DNA of 64,000 bases from Macrostomum lignano (Eukaryota): positions 62,001 through 126,000 of the forward strand of contig NIVC01002154.1 in assembly GCA_002269645.1 (NCBI GenBank), read 5' to 3'. The notes under the pieces were generated by a model. That model saw only the letters and a program-made list of their open reading frames with translations, searched no databases and was not told the origin of the DNA. A program made the translations under genes and the position numbers. Positions 13,047 to 26,300 of the stretch are shown one piece after another. The first letter of the stretch is position 1. Each line of letters begins with the position of its first letter.

Positions 13047-13194
13047 TGTTTCTTAGAAAAACATTTTAAGGGCTGCATAGCAAAAACATATTTTGGGGAG
13101 CAGATCGAATGCCCATATTTCAGCATGCAAAGCGCCAATCTCCATGTTGTATTTTGCGCAAAGCCATGCTGCCCAAAATGTTTTCTAAGAAACA
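13047..13194. mobile_element. Small fold-back / MITE-like inverted repeat whose right arm is continuous with the first satellite unit
   Basis: Left arm TGTTTCTTAGAAAAACATTTTAAGGGCTGCATAGC (13047-13081) is the imperfect reverse complement of right arm GCCATGCTGCCCAAAATGTTTTCTAAGAAACA (13163-13194). No TSD identified. Confidence 0.5.
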
Positions 13195-13554
13195 GTTTCC
13201 CATCCTACTCAGGTCGCCCTTGTCAGATATCTTTCTAGGAAACAGTTTCCCGTCATACTCAGGTCGTCCTTGTCAGATATCTTTCTAAGAAACAGTTTCC
13301 CGTCCTACTCAGGTCGGCCTTGTCAGATATCTTTCTAAGAAACAGTTTCCCGTCATACTCAGGTCGGCCTTGTCAGATATCTTTCTAAGAAACAGTTTCC
13401 CGTCCTACTCAGGTCGGCCTTGTCAGATATCTTTCTAAGAAACTGTTTCCCGTCCTGCTCAGGCTGGCCTTGTCGGATATCTTTCTAAGAAACTGTTTCC
13501 CGTCCTGCTCAGGCTGGCCTTGTCGGATATCTTTCTAAGAAACAGTTTCCCGTC
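13181..13554. repeat. Diverged 50-bp copies (about 7) of the same satellite family
   Basis: Units such as TTTCTAAGAAACAGTTTCCCGTCCTACTCAGGTCGGCCTTGTCAGATATC, separated from the main array by 823 bp of unique sequence. Confidence 0.95.
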
Positions 13555-14375
13555 TATGAGCCATAAGAAAATGCTCATAAGTCTAGGAACGGGGATAGGC
13601 TAGGTCACCTGGTCGTGTCACCTGGTCGAGTCACCTGGCGAGGCTGGACGGCAACGAGAGGACCCAATGTGAGCCTGGAGCGAGGGGACCAAAGTTATGA
13701 AGTAGGCCCCAACGTTGCGGACGCTAGCTTTTGTCTAAGACACCCAACGTAGCTCGGCTTGCACCATCAGCAGCAGCAGCATCAACGATCTCAGCAGTAC
13801 GCAACAATCAGCCGATCGGCTCAGGACAGCAAGACCAGTTCAGCAGGAGTTCATTGTGCTTCCCAACGCTCAATTGTTGCACAAGTGAAAGTTAGAAAAG
13901 TTTAGCCGGCTGAACTTGGCTTGCACTAAGAACGCCTGAACGTCTGGTTCTCACGAAAACTGCTGAGATCAGCGCCCAAAATCTGCGACATCGATACAGC
14001 TGCAACACTGGTGGAGCCGCCGAATGACGCACAACGGCGGTGTCCGATTTCGCTGTTCACATGAAACTGGCACGCAGACATCCAAACTTTCGCACCAAAA
14101 AAATAATTCCCAGACTTTCTTGCAATTGCTATTGGTTTGAAATAACGCTGACTGAGGCAAATTTTGTTGTATAAATATAAGTGCGGAAAAGTAGAAATGG
14201 GCCAACTTGCGAGCGAGCAAACTGGCGGCCTAACAACTATCGTTCGAACAAAAACTTGTGTTCTAAACTTTCGATTGAACAGTAAAGCCAGTAAAGTTGA
14301 AAGGCTAATTGAAATCAAAAGGAGGCGCAAGCAAACATATTTAGCCGCTTAACTCGACAGGCGCGCAACCTCCTA

Positions 14376-17300
14376 TACCGTCCTACTCAGGGCCGGCCTT
14401 GTCAGATATCTTTCTAAGAAACAGTTTACCGTCCTACTCAGGGCCGGCCTTGTCAGATATCTTTCTAAGAAACAGTTTCCCGTCCTACTCAGGGCCGGCC
14501 TTGTCAGATATCTTTCTAAGAAACAGTTTACCGTCCTACTCAGGGCCGGCCTTGTCAGATATCTTTCTAAGAAACAGTTTACCGTCCTACTCAGGGCCGG
14601 CCTTGTCAGATATCTTTCTAAGAAACAGTTTACCGTCCTACTCAGGGCCGGCCTTGTCAGATATCTTTCTAAGAAACAGTTTACCGTCCTACTCAGGGCC
14701 GGCCTTGTCAGATATCTTTCTAAGAAACAGTTTACCGTCCTACTCAGGGCCGGCCTTGTCAGATATCTTTCTAAGAAACAGTTTACCGTCCTACTCAGGG
14801 CCGGCCTTGTCAGATATCTTTCTAAGAAACAGTTTACCGTCCTACTCAGGGCCGGCCTTGTCAGATATCTTTCTAAGAAACAGTTTACCGTCCTACTCAG
14901 GGCCGGCCTTGTCAGATATCTTTCTAAGAAACAGTTTACCGTCCTACTCAGGGCCGGCCTTGTCAGATATCTTTCTAAGAAACAGTTTACCGTCCTACTC
15001 AGGGCCGGCCTTGTCAGATATCTTTCTAAGAAACAGTTTACCGTCCTACTCAGGGCCGGCCTTGTCAGATATCTTTCTAAGAAACAGTTTACCGTCCTAC
15101 TCAGGGCCGGCCTTGTCAGATATCTTTCTAAGAAACAGTTTACCGTCCTACTCAGGCCGGCCTTGTCAGATATCTTTCTAAGAAACAGTTTACCGTCCTA
15201 CTCAGGGCCGGCCTTGTCAGATATCTTTCTAAGAAACAGTTTACCGTCCTACTCAGGGCCGGCCTTGTCAGATATCTTTCTAAGAAACAGTTTACCGTCC
15301 TACTCAGGGCCGGCCTTGTCAGATATCTTTCTAAGAAACAGTTTCCGTCCTACTCAGGGCCGGCCTTGTCAGATATCTTTCTAAGAAACAGTTTACCGTC
15401 CTACTCAGGGCCGGCCTTGTCAGATATCTTTCTAAGAAACAGTTTACCGTCCTACTCAGGGCCGGCCTTGTCAGATATCTTTCTAAGAAACAGTTTACCG
15501 TCCTACTCAGGCCGGCCTTGTCAGATATCTTTCTAAGAAACAGTTTACCGTCCTACTCAGGGCCGGCCTTGTCAGATATCTTTCTAAGAAACAGTTTACC
15601 GTCCTACTCAGGGCCGGCCTTGTCAGATATCTTTCTAAGAAACAGTTTACCGTCCTACTCAGGGCCGGCCTTGTCAGATATCTTTCTAAGAAACAGTTTA
15701 CCGTCCTACTCAGGGCCGGCCTTGTCAGATATCTTTCTAAGAAACAGTTTACCGTCCTACTCAGGGCCGGCCTTGTCAGATATCTTTCTAAGAAACAGTT
15801 TACCGTCCTACTCAGGTCGGCCTTGTCAGATATCTTTCTAAGAAACAGTTTACCGTCCTACTCAGGGCCGGCCTTGTCAGATATCTTTCTAAGAAACAGT
15901 TTACCGTCCTACTCAGGGCCGGCCTTGTCAGATATCTTTCTAAGAAACAGTTTACCGTCCTACTCAGGGCCGGCCTTGTCAGATATCTTTCTAAGAAACA
16001 GTTTACCGTCCTACTCAGGGCCGGCCTTGTCAGATATCTTTCTAAGAAACAGTTTACCGTCCTACTCAGGCCGGCCTTGTCAGATATCTTTCTAAGAAAC
16101 AGTTTACCGTCCTACTCAGGGCCGGCCTTGTCAGATATCTTTCTAAGAAACAGTTTACCGTCCTACTCAGGGCCGGCCTTGTCAGATATCTTTCTAAGAA
16201 ACAGTTTACCGTCCTACTCAGGGCCGGCCTTGTCAGATATCTTTCTAAGAAACAGTTTACCGTCCTACTCAGGGCCGGCCTTGTCAGATATCTTTCTAAG
16301 AAACAGTTTACCGTCCTACTCAGGGCCGGCCTTGTCAGATATCTTTCTAAGAAACAGTTTACCGTCCTACTCAGGCCGGCCTTGTCAGATATCTTTCTAA
16401 GAAACAGTTTACCGTCCTACTCAGGGCCGGCCTTGTCAGATATCTTTCTAAGAAACAGTTTACCGTCCTACTCAGGGCCGGCCTTGTCAGATATCTTTCT
16501 AAGAAACAGTTTACCGTCCTACTCAGGCCGGCCTTGTCAGATATCTTTCTAAGAAACAGTTTACCGTCCTACTCAGGCCGGCCTTGTCAGATATCTTTCT
16601 AAGAAACAGTTTACCGTCCTACTCAGGGCCGGCCTTGTCAGATATCTTTCTAAGAAACAGTTTACCGTCCTACTCAGGGCCGGCCTTGTCAGATATCTTT
16701 CTAAGAAACAGTTTACCGTCCTACTCAGGGCCGGCCTTGTCAGATATCTTTCTAAGAAACAGTTTACCGTCCTACTCAGGGCCGGCCTTGTCAGATATCT
16801 TTCTAAGAAACAGTTTACCGTCCTACTCAGGGCCGGCCTTGTCAGATATCTTTCTAAGAAACAGTTTACCGTCCTACTCAGGGCCGGCCTTGTCAGATAT
16901 CTTTCTAAGAAACAGTTTACCGTCCTACTCAGGGCCGGCCTTGTCAGATATCTTTCTAAGAAACAGTTTACCGTCCTACTCAGGGCCGGCCTTGTCAGAT
17001 ATCTTTCTAAGAAACAGTTTACCGTCCTACTCAGGGCCGGCCTTGTCAGATATCTTTCTAAGAAACAGTTTACCGTCCTACTCAGGCCGGCCTTGTCAGA
17101 TATCTTTCTAAGAAACAGTTTACCGTCCTACTCAGGGCCGGCCTTGTCAGATATCTTTCTAAGAAACAGTTTACCGTCCTACTCAGGGCCGGCCTTGTCA
17201 GATATCTTTCTAAGAAACAGTTTACCGTCCTACTCAGGGCCGGCCTTGTCAGATATCTTTCTAAGAAACAGTTTACCGTCCTACTCAGGGCCGGCCTTGT

Positions 17301-20300
17301 CAGATATCTTTCTAAGAAACAGTTTACCGTCCTACTCAGGGCCGGCCTTGTCAGATATCTTTCTAAGAAACAGTTTACCGTCCTACTCAGGGCCGGCCTT
17401 GTCAGATATCTTTCTAAGAAACAGTTTACCGTCCTACTCAGGGCCGGCCTTGTCAGATATCTTTCTAAGAAACAGTTTACCGTCCTACTCAGGGCCGGCC
17501 TTGTCAGATATCTTTCTAAGAAACAGTTTACCGTCCTACTCAGGCCGGCCTTGTCAGATATCTTTCTAAGAAACAGTTTACCGTCCTACTCAGGGCCGGC
17601 CTTGTCAGATATCTTTCTAAGAAACAGTTTACCGTCCTACTCAGGGCCGGCCTTGTCAGATATCTTTCTAAGAAACAGTTTACCGTCCTACTCAGGGCCG
17701 GCCTTGTCAGATATCTTTCTAAGAAACAGTTTACCGTCCTACTCAGGGCCGGCCTTGTCAGATATCTTTCTAAGAAACAGTTTACCGTCCTACTCAGGGC
17801 CGGCCTTGTCAGATATCTTTCTAAGAAACAGTTTACCGTCCTACTCAGGCCGGCCTTGTCAGATATCTTTCTAAGAAACAGTTTACCGTCCTACTCAGGG
17901 CCGGCCTTGTCAGATATCTTTCTAAGAAACAGTTTACCGTCCTACTCAGGGCCGGCCTTGTCAGATATCTTTCTAAGAAACAGTTTACCGTCCTACTCAG
18001 GGCCGGCCTTGTCAGATATCTTTCTAAGAAACAGTTTACCGTCCTACTCAGGGCCGGCCTTGTCAGATATCTTTCTAAGAAACAGTTTACCGTCCTACTC
18101 AGGGCCGGCCTTGTCAGATATCTTTCTAAGAAACAGTTTACCGTCCTACTCAGGGCCGGCCTTGTCAGATATCTTTCTAAGAAACAGTTTACCGTCCTAC
18201 TCAGGGCCGGCCTTGTCAGATATCTTTCTAAGAAACAGTTTACCGTCCTACTCAGGGCCGGCCTTGTCAGATATCTTTCTAAGAAACAGTTTACCGTCCT
18301 ACTCAGGGCCGGCCTTGTCAGATATCTTTCTAAGAAACAGTTTACCGTCCTACTCAGGGCCGGCCTTGTCAGATATCTTTCTAAGAAACAGTTTACCGTC
18401 CTACTCAGGGCCGGCCTTGTCAGATATCTTTCTAAGAAACAGTTTACCGTCCTACTCAGGGCCGGCCTTGTCAGATATCTTTCTAAGAAACAGTTTACCG
18501 TCCTACTCAGGGCCGGCCTTGTCAGATATCTTTCTAAGAAACAGTTTACCGTCCTACTCAGGGCCGGCCTTGTCAGATATCTTTCTAAGAAACAGTTTAC
18601 CGTCCTACTCAGGGCCGGCCTTGTCAGATATCTTTCTAAGAAACAGTTTACCGTCCTACTCAGGGCCGGCCTTGTCAGATATCTTTCTAAGAAACAGTTT
18701 ACCGTCCTACTCAGGGCCGGCCTTGTCAGATATCTTTCTAAGAAACAGTTTACCGTCCTACTCAGGGCCGGCCTTGTCAGATATCTTTCTAAGAAACAGT
18801 TTACCGTCCTACTCAGGGCCGGCCTTGTCAGATATCTTTCTAAGAAACAGTTTACCGTCCTACTCAGGGCCGGCCTTGTCAGATATCTTTCTAAGAAACA
18901 GTTTACCGTCCTACTCAGGGCCGGCCTTGTCAGATATCTTTCTAAGAAACAGTTTACCGTCCTACTCAGGGCCGGCCTTGTCAGATATCTTTCTAAGAAA
19001 CAGTTTACCGTCCTACTCAGGGCCGGCCTTGTCAGATATCTTTCTAAGAAACAGTTTACCGTCCTACTCAGGGCCGGCCTTGTCAGATATCTTTCTAAGA
19101 AACAGTTTACCGTCCTACTCAGGGCCGGCCTTGTCAGATATCTTTCTAAGAAACAGTTTACCGTCCTACTCAGGGCCGGCCTTGTCAGATATCTTTCTAA
19201 GAAACAGTTTACCGTCCTACTCAGGGCCGGCCTTGTCAGATATCTTTCTAAGAAACAGTTTACCGTCCTACTCAGGGCCGGCCTTGTCAGATATCTTTCT
19301 AAGAAACAGTTTACCGTCCTACTCAGGGCCGGCCTTGTCAGATATCTTTCTAAGAAACAGTTTACCGTCCTACTCAGGGCCGGCCTTGTCAGATATCTTT
19401 CTAAGAAACAGTTTACCGTCCTACTCAGGGCCGGCCTTGTCAGATATCTTTCTAAGAAACAGTTTACCGTCCTACTCAGGGCCGGCCTTGTCAGATATCT
19501 TTCTAAGAAACAGTTTACCGTCCTACTCAGGGCCGGCCTTGTCAGATATCTTTCTAAGAAACAGTTTACCGTCCTACTCAGGGCCGGCCTTGTCAGATAT
19601 CTTTCTAAGAAACAGTTTACCGTCCTACTCAGGGCCGGCCTTGTCAGATATCTTTCTAAGAAACAGTTTACCGTCCTACTCAGGGCCGGCCTTGTCAGAT
19701 ATCTTTCTAAGAAACAGTTTACCGTCCTACTCAGGGCCGGCCTTGTCAGATATCTTTCTAAGAAACAGTTTACCGTCCTACTCAGGGCCGGCCTTGTCAG
19801 ATATCTTTCTAAGAAACAGTTTACCGTCCTACTCAGGGCCGGCCTTGTCAGATATCTTTCTAAGAAACAGTTTACCGTCCTACTCAGGGCCGGCCTTGTC
19901 AGATATCTTTCTAAGAAACAGTTTACCGTCCTACTCAGGGCCGGCCTTGTCAGATATCTTTCTAAGAAACAGTTTACCGTCCTACTCAGGGCCGGCCTTG
20001 TCAGATATCTTTCTAAGAAACAGTTTACCGTCCTACTCAGGGCCGGCCTTGTCAGATATCTTTCTAAGAAACAGTTTACCGTCCTACTCAGGGCCGGCCT
20101 TGTCAGATATCTTTCTAAGAAACAGTTTACCGTCCTACTCAGGGCCGGCCTTGTCAGATATCTTTCTAAGAAACAGTTTACCGTCCTACTCAGGGCCGGC
20201 CTTGTCAGATATCTTTCTAAGAAACAGTTTACCGTCCTACTCAGGGCCGGCCTTGTCAGATATCTTTCTAAGAAACAGTTTACCGTCCTACTCAGGGCCG

Positions 20301-23300
20301 GCCTTGTCAGATATCTTTCTAAGAAACAGTTTACCGTCCTACTCAGGGCCGGCCTTGTCAGATATCTTTCTAAGAAACAGTTTACCGTCCTACTCAGGGC
20401 CGGCCTTGTCAGATATCTTTCTAAGAAACAGTTTACCGTCCTACTCAGGGCCGGCCTTGTCAGATATCTTTCTAAGAAACAGTTTACCGTCCTACTCAGG
20501 GCCGGCCTTGTCAGATATCTTTCTAAGAAACAGTTTACCGTCCTACTCAGGGCCGGCCTTGTCAGATATCTTTCTAAGAAACAGTTTACCGTCCTACTCA
20601 GGGCCGGCCTTGTCAGATATCTTTCTAAGAAACAGTTTACCGTCCTACTCAGGGCCGGCCTTGTCAGATATCTTTCTAAGAAACAGTTTACCGTCCTACT
20701 CAGGGCCGGCCTTGTCAGATATCTTTCTAAGAAACAGTTTACCGTCCTACTCAGGGCCGGCCTTGTCAGATATCTTTCTAAGAAACAGTTTACCGTCCTA
20801 CTCAGGGCCGGCCTTGTCAGATATCTTTCTAAGAAACAGTTTACCGTCCTACTCAGGGCCGGCCTTGTCAGATATCTTTCTAAGAAACAGTTTACCGTCC
20901 TACTCAGGGCCGGCCTTGTCAGATATCTTTCTAAGAAACAGTTTACCGTCCTACTCAGGGCCGGCCTTGTCAGATATCTTTCTAAGAAACAGTTTACCGT
21001 CCTACTCAGGGCCGGCCTTGTCAGATATCTTTCTAAGAAACAGTTTACCGTCCTACTCAGGGCCGGCCTTGTCAGATATCTTTCTAAGAAACAGTTTACC
21101 GTCCTACTCAGGGCCGGCCTTGTCAGATATCTTTCTAAGAAACAGTTTACCGTCCTACTCAGGGCCGGCCTTGTCAGATATCTTTCTAAGAAACAGTTTA
21201 CCGTCCTACTCAGGGCCGGCCTTGTCAGATATCTTTCTAAGAAACAGTTTACCGTCCTACTCAGGGCCGGCCTTGTCAGATATCTTTCTAAGAAACAGTT
21301 TACCGTCCTACTCAGGGCCGGCCTTGTCAGATATCTTTCTAAGAAACAGTTTACCGTCCTACTCAGGGCCGGCCTTGTCAGATATCTTTCTAAGAAACAG
21401 TTTACCGTCCTACTCAGGGCCGGCCTTGTCAGATATCTTTCTAAGAAACAGTTTACCGTCCTACTCAGGGCCGGCCTTGTCAGATATCTTTCTAAGAAAC
21501 AGTTTACCGTCCTACTCAGGGCCGGCCTTGTCAGATATCTTTCTAAGAAACAGTTTACCGTCCTACTCAGGGCCGGCCTTGTCAGATATCTTTCTAAGAA
21601 ACAGTTTACCGTCCTACTCAGGGCCGGCCTTGTCAGATATCTTTCTAAGAAACAGTTTACCGTCCTACTCAGGGCCGGCCTTGTCAGATATCTTTCTAAG
21701 AAACAGTTTACCGTCCTACTCAGGGCCGGCCTTGTCAGATATCTTTCTAAGAAACAGTTTACCGTCCTACTCAGGGCCGGCCTTGTCAGATATCTTTCTA
21801 AGAAACAGTTTACCGTCCTACTCAGGGCCGGCCTTGTCAGATATCTTTCTAAGAAACAGTTTACCGTCCTACTCAGGGCCGGCCTTGTCAGATATCTTTC
21901 TAAGAAACAGTTTACCGTCCTACTCAGGGCCGGCCTTGTCAGATATCTTTCTAAGAAACAGTTTACCGTCCTACTCAGGGCCGGCCTTGTCAGATATCTT
22001 TCTAAGAAACAGTTTACCGTCCTACTCAGGGCCGGCCTTGTCAGATATCTTTCTAAGAAACAGTTTACCGTCCTACTCAGGGCCGGCCTTGTCAGATATC
22101 TTTCTAAGAAACAGTTTACCGTCCTACTCAGGGCCGGCCTTGTCAGATATCTTTCTAAGAAACAGTTTACCGTCCTACTCAGGGCCGGCCTTGTCAGATA
22201 TCTTTCTAAGAAACAGTTTACCGTCCTACTCAGGGCCGGCCTTGTCAGATATCTTTCTAAGAAACAGTTTACCGTCCTACTCAGGGCCGGCCTTGTCAGA
22301 TATCTTTCTAAGAAACAGTTTACCGTCCTACTCAGGGCCGGCCTTGTCAGATATCTTTCTAAGAAACAGTTTACCGTCCTACTCAGGGCCGGCCTTGTCA
22401 GATATCTTTCTAAGAAACAGTTTACCGTCCTACTCAGGGCCGGCCTTGTCAGATATCTTTCTAAGAAACAGTTTACCGTCCTACTCAGGGCCGGCCTTGT
22501 CAGATATCTTTCTAAGAAACAGTTTACCGTCCTACTCAGGGCCGGCCTTGTCAGATATCTTTCTAAGAAACAGTTTACCGTCCTACTCAGGGCCGGCCTT
22601 GTCAGATATCTTTCTAAGAAACAGTTTACCGTCCTACTCAGGGCCGGCCTTGTCAGATATCTTTCTAAGAAACAGTTTACCGTCCTACTCAGGGCCGGCC
22701 TTGTCAGATATCTTTCTAAGAAACAGTTTACCGTCCTACTCAGGGCCGGCCTTGTCAGATATCTTTCTAAGAAACAGTTTACCGTCCTACTCAGGGCCGG
22801 CCTTGTCAGATATCTTTCTAAGAAACAGTTTACCGTCCTACTCAGGGCCGGCCTTGTCAGATATCTTTCTAAGAAACAGTTTACCGTCCTACTCAGGGCC
22901 GGCCTTGTCAGATATCTTTCTAAGAAACAGTTTACCGTCCTACTCAGGGCCGGCCTTGTCAGATATCTTTCTAAGAAACAGTTTACCGTCCTACTCAGGG
23001 CCGGCCTTGTCAGATATCTTTCTAAGAAACAGTTTACCGTCCTACTCAGGGCCGGCCTTGTCAGATATCTTTCTAAGAAACAGTTTACCGTCCTACTCAG
23101 GGCCGGCCTTGTCAGATATCTTTCTAAGAAACAGTTTACCGTCCTACTCAGGGCCGGCCTTGTCAGATATCTTTCTAAGAAACAGTTTACCGTCCTACTC
23201 AGGGCCGGCCTTGTCAGATATCTTTCTAAGAAACAGTTTACCGTCCTACTCAGGGCCGGCCTTGTCAGATATCTTTCTAAGAAACAGTTTACCGTCCTAC

Positions 23301-26300
23301 TCAGGGCCGGCCTTGTCAGATATCTTTCTAAGAAACAGTTTACCGTCCTACTCAGGGCCGGCCTTGTCAGATATCTTTCTAAGAAACAGTTTACCGTCCT
23401 ACTCAGGGCCGGCCTTGTCAGATATCTTTCTAAGAAACAGTTTACCGTCCTACTCAGGGCCGGCCTTGTCAGATATCTTTCTAAGAAACAGTTTACCGTC
23501 CTACTCAGGGCCGGCCTTGTCAGATATCTTTCTAAGAAACAGTTTACCGTCCTACTCAGGGCCGGCCTTGTCAGATATCTTTCTAAGAAACAGTTTACCG
23601 TCCTACTCAGGGCCGGCCTTGTCAGATATCTTTCTAAGAAACAGTTTACCGTCCTACTCAGGGCCGGCCTTGTCAGATATCTTTCTAAGAAACAGTTTAC
23701 CGTCCTACTCAGGGCCGGCCTTGTCAGATATCTTTCTAAGAAACAGTTTACCGTCCTACTCAGGGCCGGCCTTGTCAGATATCTTTCTAAGAAACAGTTT
23801 ACCGTCCTACTCAGGGCCGGCCTTGTCAGATATCTTTCTAAGAAACAGTTTACCGTCCTACTCAGGGCCGGCCTTGTCAGATATCTTTCTAAGAAACAGT
23901 TTACCGTCCTACTCAGGGCCGGCCTTGTCAGATATCTTTCTAAGAAACAGTTTACCGTCCTACTCAGGGCCGGCCTTGTCAGATATCTTTCTAAGAAACA
24001 GTTTACCGTCCTACTCAGGGCCGGCCTTGTCAGATATCTTTCTAAGAAACAGTTTACCGTCCTACTCAGGGCCGGCCTTGTCAGATATCTTTCTAAGAAA
24101 CAGTTTACCGTCCTACTCAGGGCCGGCCTTGTCAGATATCTTTCTAAGAAACAGTTTACCGTCCTACTCAGGGCCGGCCTTGTCAGATATCTTTCTAAGA
24201 AACAGTTTACCGTCCTACTCAGGGCCGGCCTTGTCAGATATCTTTCTAAGAAACAGTTTACCGTCCTACTCAGGGCCGGCCTTGTCAGATATCTTTCTAA
24301 GAAACAGTTTACCGTCCTACTCAGGGCCGGCCTTGTCAGATATCTTTCTAAGAAACAGTTTACCGTCCTACTCAGGGCCGGCCTTGTCAGATATCTTTCT
24401 AAGAAACAGTTTACCGTCCTACTCAGGGCCGGCCTTGTCAGATATCTTTCTAAGAAACAGTTTACCGTCCTACTCAGGGCCGGCCTTGTCAGATATCTTT
24501 CTAAGAAACAGTTTACCGTCCTACTCAGGGCCGGCCTTGTCAGATATCTTTCTAAGAAACAGTTTACCGTCCTACTCAGGGCCGGCCTTGTCAGATATCT
24601 TTCTAAGAAACAGTTTACCGTCCTACTCAGGGCCGGCCTTGTCAGATATCTTTCTAAGAAACAGTTTACCGTCCTACTCAGGGCCGGCCTTGTCAGATAT
24701 CTTTCTAAGAAACAGTTTACCGTCCTACTCAGGGCCGGCCTTGTCAGATATCTTTCTAAGAAACAGTTTACCGTCCTACTCAGGGCCGGCCTTGTCAGAT
24801 ATCTTTCTAAGAAACAGTTTACCGTCCTACTCAGGGCCGGCCTTGTCAGATATCTTTCTAAGAAACAGTTTACCGTCCTACTCAGGGCCGGCCTTGTCAG
24901 ATATCTTTCTAAGAAACAGTTTACCGTCCTACTCAGGGCCGGCCTTGTCAGATATCTTTCTAAGAAACAGTTTACCGTCCTACTCAGGGCCGGCCTTGTC
25001 AGATATCTTTCTAAGAAACAGTTTACCGTCCTACTCAGGGCCGGCCTTGTCAGATATCTTTCTAAGAAACAGTTTACCGTCCTACTCAGGGCCGGCCTTG
25101 TCAGATATCTTTCTAAGAAACAGTTTACCGTCCTACTCAGGGCCGGCCTTGTCAGATATCTTTCTAAGAAACAGTTTACCGTCCTACTCAGGGCCGGCCT
25201 TGTCAGATATCTTTCTAAGAAACAGTTTACCGTCCTACTCAGGGCCGGCCTTGTCAGATATCTTTCTAAGAAACAGTTTACCGTCCTACTCAGGGCCGGC
25301 CTTGTCAGATATCTTTCTAAGAAACAGTTTACCGTCCTACTCAGGGCCGGCCTTGTCAGATATCTTTCTAAGAAACAGTTTACCGTCCTACTCAGGGCCG
25401 GCCTTGTCAGATATCTTTCTAAGAAACAGTTTACCGTCCTACTCAGGGCCGGCCTTGTCAGATATCTTTCTAAGAAACAGTTTACCGTCCTACTCAGGGC
25501 CGGCCTTGTCAGATATCTTTCTAAGAAACAGTTTACCGTCCTACTCAGGGCCGGCCTTGTCAGATATCTTTCTAAGAAACAGTTTACCGTCCTACTCAGG
25601 GCCGGCCTTGTCAGATATCTTTCTAAGAAACAGTTTACCGTCCTACTCAGGGCCGGCCTTGTCAGATATCTTTCTAAGAAACAGTTTACCGTCCTACTCA
25701 GGGCCGGCCTTGTCAGATATCTTTCTAAGAAACAGTTTACCGTCCTACTCAGGGCCGGCCTTGTCAGATATCTTTCTAAGAAACAGTTTACCGTCCTACT
25801 CAGGGCCGGCCTTGTCAGATATCTTTCTAAGAAACAGTTTACCGTCCTACTCAGGGCCGGCCTTGTCAGATATCTTTCTAAGAAACAGTTTACCGTCCTA
25901 CTCAGGGCCGGCCTTGTCAGATATCTTTCTAAGAAACAGTTTACCGTCCTACTCAGGGCCGGCCTTGTCAGATATCTTTCTAAGAAACAGTTTACCGTCC
26001 TACTCAGGGCCGGCCTTGTCAGATATCTTTCTAAGAAACAGTTTACCGTCCTACTCAGGGCCGGCCTTGTCAGATATCTTTCTAAGAAACAGTTTACCGT
26101 CCTACTCAGGGCCGGCCTTGTCAGATATCTTTCTAAGAAACAGTTTACCGTCCTACTCAGGGCCGGCCTTGTCAGATATCTTTCTAAGAAACAGTTTACC
26201 GTCCTACTCAGGGCCGGCCTTGTCAGATATCTTTCTAAGAAACAGTTTACCGTCCTACTCAGGGCCGGCCTTGTCAGATATCTTTCTAAGAAACAGTTTA

